The position numbers and the translations under genes were made by a program. Below the pieces are notes generated by a model. It ran no database searches and was not told where the DNA came from. It was given only the letters and a program-made list of their open reading frames with translations. A stretch of 64,000 nucleotides of DNA from an uncultured Gammaproteobacteria bacterium. Its GTDB lineage: Bacteria; Patescibacteriota; Patescibacteriia; Patescibacteriales; GWC2-42-12. Below are positions 27,401 to 35,370 of this stretch, one piece after another. Each line of letters opens with the position of its first letter. Position 1 is the stretch's first letter. The stretch lies in NCBI GenBank assembly GCA_964560005.1, contig CAZLKB010000001.1, positions 13,079 through 77,078 on the forward strand. Reading direction: 5' to 3'.

Positions 27401-29171
27401 TTCTTTAATCTCCGCGGTCAGAATTTCTACTTTTAGATGCGGACCAGATACGGTCATCGCTCCGGTTCTTAGTGAAATCACTAAAAAAACACCCAGTCTT
27501 TTCATTCAATCAGACGCCATGATAAAGGAGCTGGCGCATCTGGAAAACCGGGTTAATACTTTTCTTAATCAGTTAAACCAGAAATTGCATGAAGAGTTCT
27601 CCCAAGCGCGTTTCGAGTTAAAACTTATCGACGAGTTCGGGGGAGCGGTCTTGAATAAAGACACGGACGTGATCTATTTTCCCACTCTTAACGATAATCG
27701 GCCGATTACCGCCATCTTCCGAGCGGCGGGATATACTGTAATTGACAATTACGAAAATGAATCTTATGACCTGGAGCATAAAGTGAGATTAGGCAGAAAA
27801 TATGCCGGCGATTCGGTCTGTGCGCCTTTAGCGGCGGTATTCGCCGATATGATGCTGGCTAATGAGGATTTTATAAAGAGAAACAAAGAGCAGGACCCTC
27901 TGCTCAAAGACAAAACCAGGATTATTGTCTTTGACAATAAGGGTACCGGCCCTTGCCGGCAGGGCCAATATTATGAAATGCATAAACTGCTCTTAAGCAA
28001 ACAATTCGGCTGTAACGCCTGCCGGGGTTCTAGCCGGACCTTAGAATATCCAATCAAGCTGCTGGTCGGCCACGAGAAAGATGGTTTTAATGTGGGCTTG
28101 GATGAATGGGCGCTGATTCAATCCTTCCAGGGGATTGTTTTACAGGGAGTTTTACATGCCATTCTCTTGCGTGCCGGCGCCGCCTGCCAGGACTATGATC
28201 ATTACCAAAAATTTTATGAAGATTATATTAAACTAAAAAACGACATCAACAAAATCTTAGAAACCAAAAGCCGGCCCAATAAAACCATACTGGCTATGGC
28301 GCCGGCCATCGGCAAAAAATCTCTAATAGGCGGAGCCATTTTTAAATACTTCGGTTACGGATTGTACAGGAATAACGGCTTAAGAAAAATTCTAAAAAAA
28401 TTCTCCAGAAAATGGATAAAAAACTCCAATCGCGCAGACTATCCAGGTATTGTCATTCCGACCCCGCATTTTGCGGGGGAGGAATCACTTGAACATGGAA
28501 ATGGCGCAAAAGGAATTATTAAACAATCTGAGGAAAGATCAGATAAAATTAAAATTCACATTGAAGGCGAAGCCTATATGCGAGTAGCGCAAGTGGAGGA
28601 AATATTCAAGTCTCTCGTTGACGCCATCGGTTTCAGGTCTTTTACGGCGACATACTCTCCTCTTTGGTGCTATCTGGAGCTATTATTGGAATTCGCCATT
28701 TTAGAATGCCGAGGAGAAATCAGTTTAAGCAAGAGCCAAAAAGAAATTAAGGAAAAGCAAAAACTAATCTCAAAAATTAAAAAATTAATAATAGTTCTAA
28801 GAAAAGTTTTAGCCCAGCCCCTATATAGAGCGGCCAAAATTACCATGCCCGAAGAAATGAGGCTGGTTTTAGAATCGGCCAGGCAAATTTTACCCTCGCT
28901 TAAGCCGCACGGTGAACTGCCGCCCTACCTGGGCGAAGCGATTTTACAAATAAAACACGGTACGGATTTATTCCTTAACGTCGCGCCCGAGGGCTGCATG
29001 GTTTCATCCATGGGCGCGCTCTTCTCCTATCCCATACTTAAGTCCGGCGGACGACCGGCCAGAATTCAAGATCTGTTTACCTTAAACGGCGAAGTTGATG
29101 ACGAGCAGTTAAAAATGTCCTTATTAAAAACCCTTGGACCGGAGAGGTATTATCGTAAAGCTTATAAATAA
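24429..29171 (+). CDS. fusion of two HgdC/BcrAD-BadFG-type activase ATPase modules with DUF2229/HGD-D (2-hydroxyacyl-CoA dehydratase-like) domains; PlsA/PlsR-like
   Basis: Module 1 has NPRCGAGSGINLSRILEKL and ADRCGVFSSSATIS. Module 2 has IGLDVGSTMAKMLITD, KCSAGTGSLMDTLKALFG and NATCAVFLMENA. The C-terminal half has IPRSFAISEQAFFLAKIFEKLGIPVE, DVCAPLIGAAGQ, FRCGPDTV, GDSVCAPLAAVFADMM and GTGPCRQGQYYEMHKLL. Confidence 0.85.
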   Translation: MPKTNLIIIDAGVEHIHFGIYQGSQIKNLLITNNDKIETLFKNHDVLKLIQDPAVELYLTGKLAEIIRATVGRGQIIMPSAALWAGANFLLSELNKNSLGIIDLSASGYMAIAVDREGKLLNDLLITNPRCGAGSGINLSRILEKLAIETQAVDEILKDYLGVAGQAKRQGVGIRADRCGVFSSSATISDKNQGLPLNFALAVTMKSEVLKACKKMIPDIETVYLTGRVFNWQYARDCAEDYLKTIGVKEIIFDQGQTLMIKSAKHLIDAVGRENFKEQTGKKLKKEEKLLDLPSFKSLKEKYTSAGLFLRLDDPKISEINHLAFQTRPVNIGLDVGSTMAKMLITDAATGEILFLNSSDNHGDTIETIKHIFRGLQSAGITKLNIQHLGITGSGRYQVQKVLQKVYPGLADKIFVLVENYAHAHGSIEYAKAHIQDLTKQGQEVNPDFCVLVDIGGEDTKISIISLKKEELFDNAMNIKCSAGTGSLMDTLKALFGIKDIKEACRLAYEAEKAYEINATCAVFLMENARAMQGQGYAKSEILASANYAIVENMARTLWNQVNFPKNAVVLLHGQTMLSDPLPLAVTRRIQETGTMYALVPPLPGHRACLGLIKSIKNKTFTENICLLADFINLKFDKKIVICRGAACGDQAARCSRTLLNSINLEEKLVLTLGGCTAVNELASKNITAEKTPDAYKEIWLFINQAQPKSQANNRLVIPRSFAISEQAFFLAKIFEKLGIPVEVDNVRETDVIEAQPLFNIDVCAPLIGAAGQFIRLAKAPHGLILVPQIDFLPTEGISLGRTCTTNQGGVIIAERMAKQKYPAANFYSFVLSLKKMDSEYLADQFYSKLDGLFKYYKLPVSRPEFKQAIEYAVKENRDLQERLAQQVARYLEEAIRQKKNIAIVCGREYILNPGIYDSHVGKLLKDKAVIAIPSYALNSRLDKDFAYVYWRNPHDILTKINAITNKKFHTLIISPRLKQLFKSIETGLTDSLISAVRISTFRCGPDTVIAPVLSEITKKTPSLFIQSDAMIKELAHLENRVNTFLNQLNQKLHEEFSQARFELKLIDEFGGAVLNKDTDVIYFPTLNDNRPITAIFRAAGYTVIDNYENESYDLEHKVRLGRKYAGDSVCAPLAAVFADMMLANEDFIKRNKEQDPLLKDKTRIIVFDNKGTGPCRQGQYYEMHKLLLSKQFGCNACRGSSRTLEYPIKLLVGHEKDGFNVGLDEWALIQSFQGIVLQGVLHAILLRAGAACQDYDHYQKFYEDYIKLKNDINKILETKSRPNKTILAMAPAIGKKSLIGGAIFKYFGYGLYRNNGLRKILKKFSRKWIKNSNRADYPGIVIPTPHFAGEESLEHGNGAKGIIKQSEERSDKIKIHIEGEAYMRVAQVEEIFKSLVDAIGFRSFTATYSPLWCYLELLLEFAILECRGEISLSKSQKEIKEKQKLISKIKKLIIVLRKVLAQPLYRAAKITMPEEMRLVLESARQILPSLKPHGELPPYLGEAILQIKHGTDLFLNVAPEGCMVSSMGALFSYPILKSGGRPARIQDLFTLNGEVDDEQLKMSLLKTLGPERYYRKAYK

Positions 29172-29185
29172 AATTTTATAAAAAA

Positions 29186-29215
29186 ACGACTCAATTTTTT
29201 GGGGTCGTCTTTTTA
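29186..29215 (+). terminator. rho-independent terminator after the 1580-aa gene
   Basis: The ACGAC...GTCGT stem is followed by CTTTTTAAAA. Confidence 0.55.
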
Positions 29216-29243
29216 AAATACTTTTTAATTACATTTCAATACC

Positions 29244-29414
29244 ACCAATGGGGTTTGGGGTGCCGAGCTGAGCGACATAGCGCGAGGGATAAAAGTCATT
29301 AAGGGCACTAGCGAATTGAGGCACCCCACCCCGCAAAATGCGGGGTTGGTTACTTTTTAGTTATAAAAAGTAACCCTTAGCGGAGCGTCACGGATATATT
29401 TACTGATAAACGGC
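29244..29414. repeat. ~165-nt structured repeat, copy b
   Basis: Same architecture as 12138..12300. The outer stem here is GGGGTGCC...GGCACCCC (compensatory relative to GGGGGTCC...GGACCCCC) and the hairpin is GGTTACTTTTTAGTTATAAAAAGTAACC. Confidence 0.85.
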
Positions 29415-29477
29415 TAAAAAATAATAATAACTTGATGATTAGCCAGGATTCCAGTCGAAAGTTGCTATAACATTGAA

Positions 29478-32400
29478 TTACAAATTTTTTAATTGCTCTC
29501 TAAACTTCTCTAATTCTGCCTGCCACCCCGCTAATTTCTCTTTTTCTTTTTTCACGATCTCGGCCGGCGCATTACTAACGAATTCCTTATTAGCCAGCCT
29601 AGCTTCCGCGGCCTTAATTACTTTTTCCAGATTAACAATTTCCTTTTCCAGTCTGGCCTTCTCTTTGGCTTTATCCACGGCTCCAACCAAATATATTTCT
29701 ATATCGCCAACGGCCGCGTAAATCGCGCCGGCAATTTTCTCTCCTTTAGTTTTAATTTCTAACTCACTAATGCCGGTGCGTAAACTTTTTATTAAGTGCG
29801 CCTGCTCGGTTATTAATTTTTTCCGCTTACCCGCATAAATCACCGCTTTAACTTTCTGCCCTGGCTCAACTTTATTTTCCGCGCGCGCGTTGCGGATAGC
29901 GACAATAATCTCTTTCACCACCTCAAACTCTATTTTGTCATTCTGGAGCGAAGCGATAGAATCTGATTTCGGCCATTTCTCCACCATTAAAAAAGTTTTA
30001 TGCCCCATCTTTTGCCAAATTGTTTCCGTCACGAATGGCATAAACGGATGCCAGAGCTTTAATAAATTTTCTAAAACATAATTTAATATCCGGCTCTTTT
30101 CTTCATTTTTTTCAAACTTGCTGGCCTCTAAATACCAATCGGCTAAATCATCCCAGGTGAATTCGCGCAAACTCTCCCCGGCCTGCGAAAAACTATAACT
30201 TTCCAAATCTTCGGTTACTTTCTTTATTAACTCTTCCATTTTTCCCAATATCCACCTGTCCGATATTGTTAGATTCTTTAAGTTTAATTCATTATTCATG
30301 ATTCGTGATTCATGATTCGTGATTATATAACGCGCCACGTTCCACAGCTTATTGGTAAAATTCCTGAAACTGGCGATTTTATCTTCGCTATATTTGGCGT
30401 CGTTGCCCGGCGTATTGCCCATTAACAGCGATAAGCGAACCGCGTCGGTGCCGAATTTATCAATCATCTCCAGCGGGTCAATGCCGTTGCCTTTTGATTT
30501 GCTCATTTTCTTGCCGTTCTTATCCAGTATCATGCCGTGCAGATATACTTTTTCGAACGGAATTTCGTTTAAGGCGTAAAAAGACATGATAATCATGCGC
30601 GACACCCAGAGGGTAATTATTTCATAGCCGGTTTCTAAGACCTGCGTGGGATGAAACCTGGCTAAATCACCCGATTTTTTGCCTTTAACATAATTATCCG
30701 GCCAGCCCAAAGTGGAGAAGGTCCAGGTGCCGGAAGAAAACCAGGTGTCTAAAGTATCTTCATCTTGAACCCAAAAATCTTTTTTCAATTCATTTAATAT
30801 ATCTTGGCATTCATCGCTATTAAAATGCGAGGCGGAATTTTCAACTTTAATTATTTTCGCGTCTAGCGCAACGGCTATTTCAGCAACCTCTTCCGCAGTG
30901 ACTGCGTGATCCTCTCCGGCTTGAAAGATTACTATTTCTCCGACATTTTCTTTTATTTTCTTAAAATCGTATTTATAATTTTTATACTCTATTAACTCCT
31001 TCTTTTTTGTTCTTAGGGAAGGAGCCAGCATGACCAGCTTTTTTATTTTTAAATTACTGCTCTGTATTATTTTTAACGCTAAGGCACTGCCTAATGAATG
31101 CGTCACTATAATGGAATTTTTATCTATTTTAGCACTAGCCAAGACAAACTTTTCCTGCTCATCGCGATTAGGTTTATCCGGATTGGGCAAGATCTGCCAA
31201 AAATTTTCTTGATTCGGCAATTGCTTGTTTAACCAATTTAACGGGTCCTTTACATCTCTGGTACGATAAAAACCGTGCAAAAAAACAAAATTAGAATTCT
31301 GCGGCGCTTCCGCGCCGACATAAATTTCTTGGTCCTTATCTTCTAACTTCTTACTTCTACCTTCTGCCTTCTTATACCAAACCGGTATCCTATGCCCGAA
31401 CCAAAGCTGGCGCGAAACACACCAATCGTGCAGATTATTCATCCAGTCCAGATACCTTTTTTTGAATCTCTCCGGGATAAATTCGATCTTTCCGTCAGCG
31501 GCCGCCGCGATGGCTTTTTCCTTTAGCGACTTTCCACCCAAACGTTTCAATTTCTTGTCCACGTCCACGAACCATTGCTTTGACGGTATAGGTTCGATTT
31601 GCGTGCCGCAGCGGTAGCATAACGCGATATTATGCAGATAGCCGTCTTCAATATGGTCAAGCAAACCCATTTTTTCCATGTCGGCCAAAATCGCCTCCCG
31701 CGCTTCTTTAGTGGTCAAACCGGCGTATTTACCCGTATTGGCCATCATCCGGCCTTGTTCATTTATGACTTGCTTCATGGCCAGATTATGCCTTTGGGCA
31801 ATTTGATAATCCGTAAAGTCATGGGCCGGCGTAACTTTAATCGCGCCTGAGCCGAATTTAGGATCAACCGCCCGGTCGGCCACCACGATAATTTCAAATT
31901 CACCCAGCACGCCCGGTATTTTATATTTCTTGCCCACCATTTTCTCGTAGCGCTTATCTCCCGGGTAAACTGCCACGGCCGTATCGCCCAATTTTGTTTC
32001 CGGACGAGAAGTGGCCAAAACGAATGGACCGTATTTCAGCCAATACAATTTGCCTTTTTCTTCTTTATATTCCACCTCGTCATCGGCTAAAGTGGACTGG
32101 CACCTGGGGCACCAATTTACCACCCTGACTCCGCGATAAATCACGCCTTCGTCATACATATCCACAAACAGCTTTTTCACTGCCTTGGCCCGCGGCTCAT
32201 CCAAGGTAAAGGCCTGGCGCGACCAATCCAAAGACGCGCCCATCTTTCTGGTCTGGCGCAAAATCGTAGCCTGGGTCTCCCGCAAAAATTGCCAAACCCT
32301 TTTTAAAAATTCTTCTCGACCTAAATCGTGGCGCGTTTTTTTCTCTTCCTGCCACAATTTTTTTTCCACCACGTACTGCGTAGCGATGGGCGCGTGGTCC

Positions 32401-32657
32401 GTGCCCGGAATCCAAAGAGCACGTTCGCCCTTCATCCGATGATAACGAATCAGTAAGTCTTCTATGGCCAGCATGGCCGAATGCCCCAGATGCAATTTAT
32501 CCGTAATGTTGGGTGGAGGCAGAACTATGGTGTACGGTTTGGCCGTTTTAGGCAAGCCTAAGTTATCCGGATTAAAAAATCCCGACTTTTCCCACTTTTC
32601 ATAAACGCCGTCTTCGTATTCGGCCGGATTATATATTTTCGGCAATTCTACAGACAT
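29478..32657 (-). CDS. valS: valyl-tRNA synthetase with a nested alpha/beta serine-hydrolase domain
   Basis: PNITDKLHLGHS (HIGH), the CP1 editing domain, WCVSRQLWFGHRIPVWY, QDEDTLDTWFSS, KMSKSKGN and a C-terminal coiled coil. A 202-aa segment separates VWY from QDEDT, where only a short peptide is expected. Confidence 0.95.
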   Translation of the reverse strand: MSVELPKIYNPAEYEDGVYEKWEKSGFFNPDNLGLPKTAKPYTIVLPPPNITDKLHLGHSAMLAIEDLLIRYHRMKGERALWIPGTDHAPIATQYVVEKKLWQEEKKTRHDLGREEFLKRVWQFLRETQATILRQTRKMGASLDWSRQAFTLDEPRAKAVKKLFVDMYDEGVIYRGVRVVNWCPRCQSTLADDEVEYKEEKGKLYWLKYGPFVLATSRPETKLGDTAVAVYPGDKRYEKMVGKKYKIPGVLGEFEIIVVADRAVDPKFGSGAIKVTPAHDFTDYQIAQRHNLAMKQVINEQGRMMANTGKYAGLTTKEAREAILADMEKMGLLDHIEDGYLHNIALCYRCGTQIEPIPSKQWFVDVDKKLKRLGGKSLKEKAIAAAADGKIEFIPERFKKRYLDWMNNLHDWCVSRQLWFGHRIPVWYKKAEGRSKKLEDKDQEIYVGAEAPQNSNFVFLHGFYRTRDVKDPLNWLNKQLPNQENFWQILPNPDKPNRDEQEKFVLASAKIDKNSIIVTHSLGSALALKIIQSSNLKIKKLVMLAPSLRTKKKELIEYKNYKYDFKKIKENVGEIVIFQAGEDHAVTAEEVAEIAVALDAKIIKVENSASHFNSDECQDILNELKKDFWVQDEDTLDTWFSSGTWTFSTLGWPDNYVKGKKSGDLARFHPTQVLETGYEIITLWVSRMIIMSFYALNEIPFEKVYLHGMILDKNGKKMSKSKGNGIDPLEMIDKFGTDAVRLSLLMGNTPGNDAKYSEDKIASFRNFTNKLWNVARYIITNHESRIMNNELNLKNLTISDRWILGKMEELIKKVTEDLESYSFSQAGESLREFTWDDLADWYLEASKFEKNEEKSRILNYVLENLLKLWHPFMPFVTETIWQKMGHKTFLMVEKWPKSDSIASLQNDKIEFEVVKEIIVAIRNARAENKVEPGQKVKAVIYAGKRKKLITEQAHLIKSLRTGISELEIKTKGEKIAGAIYAAVGDIEIYLVGAVDKAKEKARLEKEIVNLEKVIKAAEARLANKEFVSNAPAEIVKKEKEKLAGWQAELEKFREQLKNL
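30774..31298 (-). other. inserted YdeN/RBBP9-like serine-hydrolase domain inside valS
   Basis: FVFLHGF, LPNPDKPNRDE, IIVTHSLGS (Ser codon 31095-31097), FQAGEDHAV (Asp 30909-30911) and SASHFN (His 30825-30827). Confidence 0.7.
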
Positions 32658-32795
32658 AAAAAAATTTTTAATTTTGTAATTTTTAAAATAATTTCTAATT
32701 TTTAATATCTAAATATTTTATTATTTAGAAGTTTTATTAAAAATTAGGATATTTGAAATTATTTAAAAATTAAAAATTCAAAAATTAAAAATTAC
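32658..32795. repeat. AT-rich inverted repeat, 'TAAAAAT/GAAAATT' subfamily, directly upstream of valS
   Basis: AATTTTTAATTTTGTAATTTTTAAAATAATTTCTAATTTTTAATATCTAAATA opposes TATTTAGAAG...AAAAATTAGGATATTTGAAATTATTTAAAAATTAAAAATTCAAAAATTAAAAATT. Confidence 0.8.
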
Positions 32796-32840
32796 CTTGG
32801 CTCAATATTCACTTTATCAAAATTACCCTTATTTTGCAAG

Positions 32841-32880
32841 AAAAAAAGACCCCGGCTTGGCGTTAAATGCTAGCCGGGGT
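32841..32880 (-). terminator. rho-independent terminator of dapA
   Basis: The minus strand reads ACCCCGGCTAGCATTTAACGCCAAGCCGGGGTCTTTTTTT. Confidence 0.75.
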
Positions 32881-32898
32881 AATGTTGGCGTCCTCCTA

Positions 32899-33783
32899 TT
32901 AGATAAGGCTGAGCAACTTTAGGGTTTCCCAGAGTTTCTTCCTGTTTTTTTCCAACATGGGTGCGAGCGGCAGACGGTATTCCTCATTGATCATACCCAT
33001 CATGGCCAGCGCGGCTTTGACCGGACCAGGATTGGTTTCAATAAACAAATCCCTAAAAAGCGGATAGTAGATGGCATGCACTATCCGCGCCGAGGCGTAA
33101 TCATCATTCAACGCGAACTTAACCATTTCCGCCATATCACGAGGGATGATATTGGCGGCGACGCTAATGACGCCTTGCGCGCCAACGGACATAAACGGCA
33201 GTGTCAGCGAATCGTCGCCGCAGAGGATGGAAAAGTCCTCTCCCAAAACCGCGCGCAGGTCGCTGACGCGATTGGGATTGCCGCCAGCTTCCTTGATACC
33301 AACGATGTTCGGGCAGGCCTCGGCCAGCCGTTTAACCGTGTTCACGCCGATTTCCACGCCGCAACGACCCGGGATGCTGTAGAGGATGATGGGCAGTGAG
33401 GTCGCTTGAGCAATGGCGCGGAAGTGCAGGAACAATCCCTCCTGGGTCGGTTTATTATAGTAAGGCGCCACCTGAAGAGAGGCATCGGCGCCGAGCTTTT
33501 CCGCCGCTTGCGTCAATTCAATGGCTTCCGCGGTTGAGTTGCCGCCCGTGCCGGCGATAACCTTGAATTTACCGCCAGCGAATCTTACCGCCAAATCTAT
33601 AATGTACTTATGTTCCCCCATGTCCACTGTGGGCGACTCGCCGGTGGTGCCGACCGGCACGATGCCGTCCACGCCGGCCCTAATCTGCCACCTAATCAGA
33701 CTTTCCAACGCGCATTCGTCAATTTTTCCGTTTCTAAACGGCGTGGGAATGGCGGTATATGTTCCGCTGAACTTAGTATTCAT
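32899..33783 (-). CDS. dapA: 4-hydroxy-tetrahydrodipicolinate synthase family (DapA/NanA-type class I aldolase)
   Basis: TAIPTPF, VPVGTTGESPT, YNKPTQEGLFLHF and VGIKEAGG (Schiff-base Lys region). GC-richer than its neighbours, with its own terminator. Confidence 0.85.
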   Translation of the reverse strand: MNTKFSGTYTAIPTPFRNGKIDECALESLIRWQIRAGVDGIVPVGTTGESPTVDMGEHKYIIDLAVRFAGGKFKVIAGTGGNSTAEAIELTQAAEKLGADASLQVAPYYNKPTQEGLFLHFRAIAQATSLPIILYSIPGRCGVEIGVNTVKRLAEACPNIVGIKEAGGNPNRVSDLRAVLGEDFSILCGDDSLTLPFMSVGAQGVISVAANIIPRDMAEMVKFALNDDYASARIVHAIYYPLFRDLFIETNPGPVKAALAMMGMINEEYRLPLAPMLEKNRKKLWETLKLLSLI

Positions 33784-34049
33784 GCTGTTTCCTTAATTTT
33801 GTTTTTTTCTTTGTTTGATTGTTACTGTGCAAACTATCTAAAAAATCTTAGCGCAAATGGCTTAATTTGGCAAGCAGTCCCTCATTAAGCTGTCCGAAAA
33901 CGCCCAGCCTGGAAAAATTTATTATGTGTTACTTTCTATGCGTTATGTGTTGTGCGATCTCCCCCTTGACACCTTTTATAATTTTAGATATATTAATTAA
34001 CTGCCCCAAAATTCCATTTTCTTCTCTCTAATCTCTAATCTCTATTTCC

Positions 34050-35267
34050 ATGTTGACTCAAGAACAGCAAATTTTTGAACAAATAAAAAAAGCCTCCAAT
34101 ATTCTGATTACTTTTAAAAAAACTTGGGGCGTTGACGCCGCGGCTTCGGCTTTGGCGCTATTTTTATTTTTAAAAAAGCTGAACAAAAATGTTGAAGTGG
34201 TGGCCGAAGCCTATAGCTTGCATAAGTCCTATTCTTTCTTACCCGGCTATTTGGACATTAAAGAATCTCTGGAAAACCTGCGTAAATTCATTATTTCCTT
34301 GGATGTCACCAATACCAAGGTCAGCCAGATTAAATACCAGCAGGACGAAAACAAGCTGAATATTATTATTTCGCCCAAGGACGGCTGGTTCACCGAAACC
34401 GACATCTCCTCGGGCGCCGGCGGTTTTAAATATGATTTAATCATCGCGCTGGACACCTCCGACCTGGAATCTCTGGGTAAAATTTACGATAACGACACTG
34501 AATTCTTTTACCAAACTCCCATCATCAATATTGACCACAGCTCAAACAATGAAGCTTTCGGGCAAATTAATTTAATTGAATTAACCGCAGTGTCAACTTC
34601 AGAAATTATTTTCATGCTGTTTGAGAACTACTCGCGCGATTTAATTGATGAAAATATCGCCACCTGCTTGCTCGCCGGCATGATCGCTGAAACCAAGAGC
34701 TTTAAAACCAATAATGTCACTCCGCGAGCCCTGCTGATCGCCTCGCAATTAATGTCCTTAGGCGGACGGCGGGAAGAAATCGTCAACCATCTTTATCGCT
34801 CCAGAAGCTTAAATATCCTAAAACTCTGGGGCCGAGTTTTAGCCAGACTCTTAAGCACCACGGATAATAAATTAGTCTGGTCTACCTTATCCGCCTCGGA
34901 CTTTTTAAAAACCAATTCTACGGATAAAGATTTAACCGATGTGATTGACGAGCTGATTGTCAACATCCCGCAAGCCAAGGTTATTGTGATAATCTATGAA
35001 AATGAGATTTCGGCTAACGCACCCGAACCGAGGCAAACCGAAGCGGCCGGCCAAGCGCCGACCGGAACAGCCGGCCCTGGGTCGATAAAGACTACCAGCC
35101 TATTGATTTACGCGATAAAAAATATTGACGCCATGGCCTTAACTAAAGAATTCAATCCCAGCGGCACTAAGAGTCTGGCCAAGGCGACGATTCAAGCACC
35201 GATCGCTGAAGCGGAAAAAATAATCATTAATGCCATTGAGGATAAACTTAATAAATTGCCACTATAG
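34050..35267 (+). CDS. DHH/DHHA1-family (NrnA-like) protein with degenerate catalytic motifs
   Basis: The overall NrnA-like layout is kept (LIIALDTSD, INIDHSSNNEAFG). However DHH reads DHS, the DxD motif reads GVDAAAS, and GDTG reads AETK. Confidence 0.6.
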   Translation: MLTQEQQIFEQIKKASNILITFKKTWGVDAAASALALFLFLKKLNKNVEVVAEAYSLHKSYSFLPGYLDIKESLENLRKFIISLDVTNTKVSQIKYQQDENKLNIIISPKDGWFTETDISSGAGGFKYDLIIALDTSDLESLGKIYDNDTEFFYQTPIINIDHSSNNEAFGQINLIELTAVSTSEIIFMLFENYSRDLIDENIATCLLAGMIAETKSFKTNNVTPRALLIASQLMSLGGRREEIVNHLYRSRSLNILKLWGRVLARLLSTTDNKLVWSTLSASDFLKTNSTDKDLTDVIDELIVNIPQAKVIVIIYENEISANAPEPRQTEAAGQAPTGTAGPGSIKTTSLLIYAIKNIDAMALTKEFNPSGTKSLAKATIQAPIAEAEKIIINAIEDKLNKLPL

Positions 35268-35338
35268 CATTCTCCCCGGCCCTCCCTTGTCAGAGAGTGA
35301 GCCCGCTTGAAATTATCTCTAACTAGTGTTAAATTGAT

Positions 35339-35365
35339 AAAAAGGATTATGTCCTTTTTTATTTT
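35339..35365 (+). terminator. rho-independent terminator after the DHH gene
   Basis: AAAAGGA-TTATG-TCCTTTT followed by TTATTTT. Confidence 0.6.
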
Positions 35366-35370
35366 GGAAT

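Noticed and set aside
30774-31298. The ValRS insertion considered as an intein or a homing-endonuclease insertion
   Set aside because: There is no Cys/Ser/Thr at an N-extein junction followed by intein block A, no terminal His-Asn plus nucleophile, and no LAGLIDADG or HNH motifs. The segment reads as an alpha/beta hydrolase instead.
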